A stretch of DNA of 64,000 nucleotides from Octopus vulgaris (taxonomy: Eukaryota): positions 5,704,001 through 5,768,000 of the forward strand of contig OX597837.1 of the NCBI GenBank assembly GCA_951406725.2. The letters are read 5' to 3'. Below the pieces are notes generated by a model. The model was not told where the DNA came from. It saw nothing but the letters and a program-made list of their open reading frames with translations, and searched no databases. A program made the position numbers and the translations under genes. This document shows positions 55,090-64,000 of this stretch, in pieces; positions within the stretch are counted from its first letter, which is position 1; every line of letters begins with the position of its first letter.

Positions 55090-55509
55090 CCAAACTTTGT
55101 CAACCATATATAAGCGATTCTACTTATGTTTTTCGTTTTTCTATCTTCGAACTCATTTTTCTTCGTTATTTTTTTATCTATAAATCTTACATATTATGCT
55201 TTATGGGCTCAGCATGACGTATTTCTCAATTACAAATCTAATTTTTACGCGTGTCACGTGACATATTTCTTAATTTCAAATATATTTTATGGGAACCACG
55301 TGACGTATTTTACAATCAGAAATAGCATTTTCATACGTTTGTTTTCCTTTCAATAAGTCATTTTTTTCTCCTTATTTAAAATTTTTAAATATATATATAT
55401 ATTTGATTGCTCAATTTTATTTCTTTAATAATTAATATGTTATAATTAATTATAATTCCGCCCGTTAAAATATTTAATGAAATGATACTTGTTAATATTT
55501 CTTGTAATC

Positions 55510-55925
55510 TGAAGGCGGTGAGCTGGCAGAATCGATAGCACATCAGGCGAAATGCTTTACGTTCTGAGTTCAATTTCGGCCGAGGTCGACTTTGTCTTTC
55601 ATCCTTTGGGGGTCGATAAATTAAGTACCAGTTTCGTACTGGAGTCGATATAATCATCTGGTCTCGTCCTCCAAAATAATAGGCCTTGTGCCTAGTGTAG
55701 AAAAGATAAAAGGTGATCTGGGAGAAACGTTAGTGCGCCAGGCGAAAAGCTTAGCCGTATTTCGTCTGTCTTTATATTTTGAGTTCAAATTCCGCCGAGA
55801 TCGACATTACCTTTCATCATTTAGGGATCGATAAATTAAGTACCTGTTGTGTACTGGAGTGGATCTAATCGCCTAAACCTCTCCCCCAAAGTTTCGGGCC
55901 TTGTGTCGGGAGTAGGAAAGAATAT
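55510..55925 (+). mobile_element. Two SINE family C copies (tail ggccttgtgcctag.gtagaaaag)
   Basis: Direct similarity to other C copies. Confidence 0.85.
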
Positions 55926-55959
55926 TTCTTATAACCTTACGTATTATACGTAATATACG

Positions 55960-56640
55960 CGAGAAATCTGCAGAAAATGTCCGCCTTATTTTCTTGGTAC
56001 GTTGTCAAAAGAGTCTGGGAGCAATCGACTCGTTCCGGTTTCTGAAAACTGTGAATAGCCGGGTAATCCCTCATGCAAACATTTTCTGCATGGCCAAATG
56101 TTCGTGAATGATTTTTTCAACGGATCCTACGCTTATCCTCACCCATTGCGCCTGTTGCAGTATAGTTATGTGGTGATCCTCCAAAATGTCCGCTTCCATT
56201 TTATGGATGGTGTCGTCATCAAAGACGGAATGTGGTCGAGCAGGATTAGGCGGCGAGCTGGCAGAAACGTTAGCACGCCGGGCGAAAAGCTTAGCGGTAT
56301 TTCGTCTGCCGTTACGTTCTGAGATCAAATTCCACCGAGGTCGACTTTGCCTTTCATCTTTTCAGGGTCGATACATTAAGTACCAGTTACGCACTAGGGA
56401 CGATATAATCGACTTAATCCCTTTGTCTGTCCTTGTTTGTCCTCTCTGTGTTTAGCCCCTTGTAGGTAGTAAAGAAATAGGATTAGGAGCAGTTTCCCGC
56501 GATGTCCGACCGCATTTGAACTGGCGATGCTAATACTTGACTACGTCGTATGATGGGAGCATCGTCACCATAAACCCCTTTCATTTCATCGAAGTGTCTT
56601 TTCGTGTACGACCTTTCAAGAACCTGACCACGGATCTACA
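55960..56640 (-). pseudogene. Mariner transposase N-terminal (HTH) relic interrupted by a SINE
   Basis: RPHSVFDDDTIHKMEADILEDHHITI...ISVGSVEKIIHEHLAMQKMFA. Confidence 0.75.
56249..56480 (+). mobile_element. Full-length SINE family C
   Basis: aggattagg on both flanks (56242-56250 and 56479-56487). Confidence 0.92.
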
Positions 56641-56807
56641 TTCAACTGCCTCTATTATAACATCTTAGACCACCTCAGCAGCCGTAAAAAAACAAAGGAA
56701 TAGTAGCGGAATGCTGCCATCTACAATGTGACAGGTAAAGGCACATATGATTATACCTATATAAGTGCCGTTTCCTGCAACAAAGGGAAGTGGGTCAGAG
56801 GAAACGT

Positions 56808-56834
<27 letters not shown>

Positions 56835-56839
<5 letters not shown>

Positions 56840-57144
56840 ATAATAAGGGTTTTTTGCAACAAGTTGCTTAAACCGCATACCGAAAATATTAGAAATAACA
56901 GCCAAAGGACTACTATTTCCTTTTACTACAAAAATAAGTCTCCACAGACAACAATATTTGTAACTCACATATGGCAAAAAAACAGAAGAAAAACAACGAA
57001 ACCACACAGTCTTCGGATTAATTATGGACGCACGTTTCTGGATTAGAATCGTAAGGTTCATTTTCTTATCAACATAATATTTCCCATAAATCTAGAAATG
57101 TTAGGAAAACTTACCTTTTATATTTTCGATCAAGCGACATCGAA

Positions 57145-57147
<3 letters not shown>
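56835..57147 (-). mobile_element. TA-flanked pLTR-like relic
   Basis: Minus strand: long imperfect hairpin followed by GAAAC GTGC GTC (57027-57038); the CUGANGA side has decayed. Confidence 0.4.
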
Positions 57148-57190
<43 letters not shown>

Positions 57191-57193
57191 ATC

Positions 57194-57335
<142 letters not shown>

Positions 57336-57649
57336 GTTGAACAGAATTACTATAACTCATGAATAGAAGCTGCAAACGGCACTTGTGTGATATAAATACT
57401 ATAGAAAAACGATATGATTTATACTAGTAGCATGCTTGACATTACTACGTTACGACACGAAATCGTGACTTAGTTACTCTTTACACTTCTTTCCACATTT
57501 TCAACTCCATGGATTAAATACTCTGTTTTGTTCATAAGAACTTTTTTCTTTCTTCGAAAGTAGCTTCTGTTATTTCCTTGTCTGAGACAAATCTCTCAAA
57601 ATCCACTACGAAATCAGAGGTGACCGGAATGTAATCAATGGGTGTGGAT

Positions 57650-58750
57650 TACTTTGAATTTCTGCGCCAGTAGCAAAGATGCAGCTGCAGGAAGGATTAA
57701 AAGACCACCAGAAGGTCTTTGAAAGGAAATAAACGTGAATTACAATAGTGTGAATGATTTTCTATATTCAGTAGGATAAGGTTTATCAAGAGAAACAGAG
57801 CTTGATCCGAATAGTGTAAGACGGTCCACAGCAAAACCTATCGAAAGAAATGGAAGAAAATATTCTGCGTAAAATTGCAAAACATGAAACGAAAATACGC
57901 GCAGAAAGACTTATCTTTACGCAGCGATATGGCGATTGGAAAGATCTAATACGAAACTAAAGGCGTTGGAGTGGAATCAAAGAAACAAATACTCATAATA
58001 TAGGATATCAGTAAGAAGAAAAATAAAAATAAATGCAGAGGAGATCCTAGAAACGAAAGCAAGGCTTAAGAAAATCTTATCAGTAAAATCAAGCAGAATA
58101 AGAGGTTGCAAGGAGTGGATTGCTTTTTTTTTCTTTTTTACTATAAAGAATTTAGCAAAGACGAGAACGTGGTTCTGGAGAATATGCTAGCATCAATGTA
58201 TTTTCAATAAGTTTTGGAGGAACTTATGGAATGAAAATGTGCAGCACATTCCAAGACCACAATTAATTTTAAGGAAAAGAGTTAATATGTTTTTTGGAAT
58301 TATTGAAGAATGAGCGATAAAAACAAACAAGGAATTCAGGAAAAATTTGAAGACCTATTGTCGCACTTTCGGATGTCTCTACCACTCAACTCTGCTCTCT
58401 CCGACTGATACTCAACTCACGCTACTAAATTCTGTCAACGCTTAGACTTCTCCCTCTATATCTACGCATTGGGCTAGTCTACTTCATCGTCTGGGGGCGT
58501 CCACTCAACAAGACCACAAGAAATGGAAGGTCTCAGATATTGGGAAGTTCTCCAATTGTTGTGCTGGAACATCTCACCAGAATTTATAATTATGTTACAA
58601 TCACATTCGGAGGAAGAGAAAATGGGAGAATTGGCGAGTCACTGCTCACTAGAAGTGAAAACACTTATGATCCGAATTCTTTCCCTGAAGCATATCGACC
58701 TCTGAATCTAGGTACCCATATTGCATTTGCCAACAGCATAAGAAGCTATT
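57650..58750 (+). mobile_element. Highly degraded R4-clade LINE ORF (pre-RT and RT start)
   Basis: KARLKKILSVKSSRIR...FWRNLWNENVQH and SENTYDP...YRPLNL motifs in broken frames. Confidence 0.5.
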
Positions 58751-59347
58751 AAATACATTCTCTACAAATGGTTGGGAAGTAATCATAACTTACTAAAGGA
58801 CCAAAATTCATCGTAATGTGAAGTGGAATTGTATGGAGGCGCCACTGGTAAACCTGGTGATTATTGAAGACATCAAAAAAATAAAAGCAACAACAAAAAA
58901 TGACAATGATTGATTACCAAAACTTACTTGATGCCTACCAAATTCTTGAATATTGGCAATACCTCCGTCAAGAGTGTCGTTCATATATTTTCGAGCTCAG
59001 TCAAGTTAGGCCTCGACACTCTTTACCATAGCTTCCATTGATACAGATAGTAATTACGATACACGTCTCAAAATTTGGATGTCTTTCTTGTACAGAGTGA
59101 ATTGAATCAATAAATGTAATTTCTCTGTTAATAACACACACGAAGTCTCACACTTCGTACATAAAATTTCCCTAAAGTGAATAATTTCGTAGAGTACGAT
59201 CTGATGAGATAAGATGTGATGTGACGGGCTCGAGCATGAAACGATCCGATACAAACCCATACGGCTCTATTAAGTATCGATCTCTGATATTTTCGAATCC
59301 TAGGATAGTTCATTATGAAGCATACCGTCATTAATATAACATATGTC

Positions 59348-59990
59348 AGGCGGACAGCTGGCGGAATATTTAGCACGCCGAGCAAAGTTCATAACGGCAT
59401 TTCGTCCGCCCTTACGTTCTGAGCTCAAATTCCGCCGAGGTCGTCTTTTTCTTTCATCCTTTCTGTGTCGATAAAACAAGTACCAGTTATGCAATGGGGT
59501 CGATGTAATCGACTTGCACCTTCCCCGAACATGGTGGCAGATCTTTTCGGTTTGAACGGCAGTTTTTTTCTAGCGGTGTCATATGAAATTGTCATCCATA
59601 ATTATGACCCTAGTATCGATCTATTGCATTCCAATCTGTTTTAGGGTTAGGGTTAGGGGTGGGGGGAGGGTATATTTTTTTCTTCAGAAACGTAAATAAA
59701 CCCAATCTGTTTCTTAAACGAGGGACATGTTCATACGGCACAGAATGTCTTCTCCTCAATAGACAGTCATTGATTGGTTGAAATTGCAGAAATTGAAAGA
59801 AAAAAAAAACAACAAATATCTTACAAACCATAGAATTTTCTCAATAAAGCCAAGAGAAAAAGATGTTTTATAAACACATTCTACCAGTATACGAAGTTTA
59901 AAAGTGTTTAGTTACCTAGAAATTATGTTAAAAACTGCCGTTCAAACCGAAAAGATCCCATGACGGCTTTATGCCAAAATTTGAAACCAC
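59348..59990 (+). mobile_element. SINE family C split by a MITE
   Basis: C body runs to ~59538 and resumes with ggctttatgccaaaatttgaaacc after 59958. Confidence 0.8.
59539..59958. mobile_element. 420-bp MITE, probably Mutator-like
   Basis: 28-bp perfect TIR gatcttttcggtttgaacggcagttttt; imperfect 9-bp TSD catggtggc / catgacggc; internal (TTAGGG)3. Confidence 0.85.
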
Positions 59991-60183
59991 TGTAACTGAC
60001 ACGTCTGGGCATCACTCAGGTAATTCTGTGTTATAAGATTCAATACTAAACGGTATGTTTGTTGAGGCGCCGTCTATTGGTGATTATCAATCAAGACTAA
60101 ATAATTATTTACTTTCTATAATATAATACTATTGCTCATCACGTATTACACTAATATATCAATGGTTCTTTCGTTCTTCGCAG

Positions 60184-60227
60184 GGGACCGGTAACTCTGG
60201 ACAAGGTATCATGCCAAGTACTGTTAG
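60184..60227 (+). other. Candidate small exon
   Basis: Branch-like cactaat, pyrimidine tract ttctttcgttcttcgcag, 44 nt open as GTGNSGQGIMPSTV, donor AG|gtgagg. No homology recognised. Confidence 0.3.
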
Positions 60228-60842
60228 GTGAGGGCCAACGCAGCCAGGAAAGGTCGACACGCCCCGTAGTTATATCACAGGACACTAATATCCTCCATTC
60301 TTGATGGGTTGTGGGTAGGACCATCCGTGAATATCGATTACATAGAAACAAATGTTTATTGTTATCGACTGGTATTTTTTTCATCGGATGATAAACGATT
60401 AAATGTCTTTGACGATAAGCATTTTTACGAAACAATAAAGGAGCGCCTTATCGGTCATTTGATCCGCTAGAAATAGGAAGTAAAACCCTTTCATGTCAGA
60501 AACTACCATTTTCAAGAACACAAACATTGGAAAGGTCATAACAGCGCAACCTTTGATCTCAGTTCATCTCAATCAAACCTAATCTGGTTCTGAAACCATA
60601 AAAATAAACAACAGCAACGACGATGAAGTTTAATTTTATTATAAATATTAACCTATGAAATTATCAGTTTAACTGTCAAATCACGGATAAATGGTTCGCG
60701 TTCGATCGATGTGTTTGCGGCCTCTTTCCGTTTCAAATTGCTGTTTTTGTAAATTTCTAATAAATCTATTATAAACGGTTGCGTAGGTATGCACATATAC
60801 ATACATACATATACATACATACGTTTATATATATATAGAGAG

Positions 60843-61037
60843 AGATAGATCGTTAGCCACTACACACATTTTTTTCTCTCCTTGTTTCTCTCCTTATTTT
60901 CTGTGTGCCTTTCTGTAGAAGAGCGTAGGCTCGAAACCTAAAAGACTTTTTCTATTCCTGGGCTTTATACTAATACATCTGTTTGTTTTGTACACCACCT
61001 GTCTTCGTCTTTTGTTGTTCTTTTCGTAAACTCTCCC

Positions 61038-61040
<3 letters not shown>
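60843..61040 (+). mobile_element. Family D copy with a variant hammerhead (60909-60944)
   Basis: cttt CTGTAGA a GAGC-gtag-GCTC GAAAC CTA aaag; flanked by TA/GA repeats. Confidence 0.8.
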
Positions 61041-61115
<75 letters not shown>

Positions 61116-61306
61116 CATACACACACAGACACACATACACATATCTATATATATGATTTTCTACGGGAGGATGGCATGCCCTTGCTTACCACCAACCTCA
61201 GTTTGTAGTCATGAGTGGTCTACGATTTTTAAGAAATGTGGTGGAAAACTAGCTCAGGAAGGCAAGGCCCCTACTCCCTGAGACTCCTTTCTGAGCCCCC
61301 TACCTA

Positions 61307-61343
<37 letters not shown>

Positions 61344-61429
61344 GTGTGTGTGTGTTTGTGCGTATGTGTGTGTGTGTATATATGTTTGTATATGTGCATG
61401 TGTGTCGTTGTGTCAGCGTTTGTTACTCC

Positions 61430-61630
61430 CAATGCAATGCTTCACAACTGGTGTTAGTTTGTTTACGTTTCCTTAATATAGCGATTCGGCAAAAAGTGAC
61501 CGATAGATTAAGCACCAGACTTTCATAAAGAGAAAAAAAACCCAGAAAAGCTCAATGAATACTGGGACAGATTCGTTCGACTTCAACACACATTAATGCT
61601 GTGCCGAAGAATGGCTGCAATACAAAAACT
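61430..61630 (+). mobile_element. Old SINE family A 3' fragment
   Basis: gtttacgt...gcgattcggcaaaa...ccgataga...gattcgttcgact. Confidence 0.6.
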
Positions 61631-62373
61631 GGAAAAAAAAAAAAACGATAAAACGATCAATCTTCTAATAAGTGCGAACATGTGTGTTGATAACGTTTCT
61701 GACATATCCATTGTTGTTTGCAAAAGTCTGTAGAAGTTAAGCGTTTGTTTTATACTATGCGCTCCATGATTGTCATATGCTAAACTGCTTGGCGCGTTAC
61801 ACAATTCTCGTCACTTGTTTACTGACACGATTTCCATATTTGTCAGTAAATAGATACAATACGACTATCAATGGCTCTGTATTATTTTTCTCGGTTCTTT
61901 ACCGTTTTTGCAAAAATTTTATTTTACTTGAAATGGTGATAGATATTTGAGATGTTGCACGTGGCGGAACAATATTTCAATCAGATGAGTTGGCATATAG
62001 GTAAGCGCAGAGCACAAAAATGCACTTAGCGCGTGCGACGAGAATCTAAATGGGTAGAGTCTGAAAGTTGGAAGAATAGCCAAAAATAAGAAGAAATAAA
62101 ATAAAAATAAAAATAAAAATAAAATAAAATTATAGAGCGTTTATCTGTACCGAAAGTGTGTACATTATTATATACTCCAAATCTACATGCTGATACGCTT
62201 ACAAGAAAACCATTCAAGGCATTCACACACTCATACAAACACACATGTATACATGAACGCACAGACGTATATAGATGAATATAAACGTACACATGGATAT
62301 CTATATAAACCTAAGTGTATATATAACTTATAATGTAGTATAAATTTGTGTGTGAGTATTTACATCAACATCT

Positions 62374-62407
<34 letters not shown>

Positions 62408-62443
62408 GTATATATAATATATATATAATAAATATATATAAAT

Positions 62444-62505
<62 letters not shown>

Positions 62506-62652
62506 TATGCACTCACAAATATGCGTATGTATGCTTATGAATATATAAAATATATATATGTACATGCGTATAATAATGTATGTGTAATGTATGTATCTGT
62601 ATATATATATAGGCATGCATATATATCCATACTAATGCACATATGTTTGTTG

Positions 62653-62690
<38 letters not shown>

Positions 62691-62784
62691 TATAATAATG
62701 TATGTGTAATGTATGTATATGTATATATATATATAGGCATACATAAATATATACTAATGCATATATGTTTGTATGTATATATGT

Positions 62785-62836
<52 letters not shown>

Positions 62837-63638
62837 GTGAGTAACGAATTATCAGTTGTAAAAATTACTATTACAAAATAGTAGAATAAGTAAAAAAAAA
62901 ATACTCTAAATATAGAAAAAAAAAACAAAACAAAACAGAAAGAACACGCAAAACGGCAGAGAAAAAAAATATATAACAAAAAAAAAATTTTTGACAGGTC
63001 GGCTAGCGAAAGAAAATAACAGAAAATATACATAAAAATTAAAAAGCAGAGATTCGTGAGAGAAATGTTGAATTATCTCATCGCACAGTGGGCATGAAAT
63101 AGTTCTTAGTAGGTTCAATCCCAGGCACTGATGGAAGCTAATATTTCTTAACATTTTTTTTTCTTCTTTTTCTTCTTTAAACATTTCAAACGATGATGAG
63201 ATTTTGAAAGATTTTACGTGACTCAAATTAATATTTCTCTCTCTTTTACACCACATTTCTATTTCCTTTTTTCCTTTTTTTTTGTTTGTTATCGTTTCAT
63301 GCAATTTTTTTTTCTCAATATAAGTTCTGCACAGAAATAGATCGCCATTTTAATGGCCGTATTTACTTACTGTCTACCCATGCATTACTCGACGTGAAGC
63401 CATCAATATATAAGTACATAACACATACGTACATACAGATACGCATATACATGCACATACATGCACAAACCAACACATTGTGTGTGCATGTGTATGTGTA
63501 TGTGCGTGTGTGTGTGCATATGTGTTTGAAAGGGCGAATTTCTATGTCTATCTACTTTTTAGCAACGCTACACCTTTCCTAATAATTTTCGCATATGCAT
63601 GTATACATACGTAGACACATACATACACACACGAATAC

Positions 63639-63685
<47 letters not shown>

Positions 63686-63713
63686 TGTGCATCTATGTGT
63701 GTATACCTGTAGA

Positions 63714-63788
<75 letters not shown>

Positions 63789-63871
63789 GCATATATATAT
63801 ATATACATATATAAGTGTGTGCGTATGTATATATATTTAGAGATAGTTAGAGATGAGTGTGCATAAATATG

Positions 63872-63929
63872 TCTATACGTGGTTATATGAGTATATATAT
63901 ATATATATATACTCATATAACCACGTATA

Positions 63930-63931
<2 letters not shown>
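63872..63931. repeat. Perfect 60-bp palindrome centred on (TA)10
   Basis: tctatacgtggttatatgag-(TA)10-ctcatataaccacgtataga. Confidence 0.9.
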
Positions 63932-63973
<42 letters not shown>

Positions 63974-64000
63974 CACTATATATCTATATCTGTATCTATA

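Noticed and set aside
59641-59660. Telomere or chromosome-fusion scar
   Set aside because: Only three TTAGGG units, internal to a TIR-bounded MITE.

Overview
AT-rich, microsatellite-saturated eukaryotic non-coding DNA (intron or gene desert). The SINE, LINE and microsatellite content looks like an octopus/coleoid cephalopod genome; this is an inference. No intact protein-coding gene, tRNA or rRNA is visible, and almost all listed ORFs are microsatellite translations. Recognisable content: dozens of tRNA-headed SINE copies built from shuffled head/tail modules; R4/Dong-type and RTE LINE fragments; Chapaev3-like and mariner transposase relics; a complete non-autonomous Helitron; several MITEs; and an old ~74-bp satellite. 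The strongest signal is a set of short elements embedded in (TA)n tracts that carry type I hammerhead ribozyme motifs (Penelope-like pLTR/retrozyme type). The best case, at 22.7-23.9 kb, has two identical canonical hammerheads 479 nt apart plus an inverted third copy, making it a candidate self-cleaving circRNA-producing retrozyme. Several unrelated hammerhead families share this inverted architecture or have unusually long stem II insertions. Family letters A-F are my own working labels. All folds and alignments were done by eye, and ends of degraded repeats are approximate.
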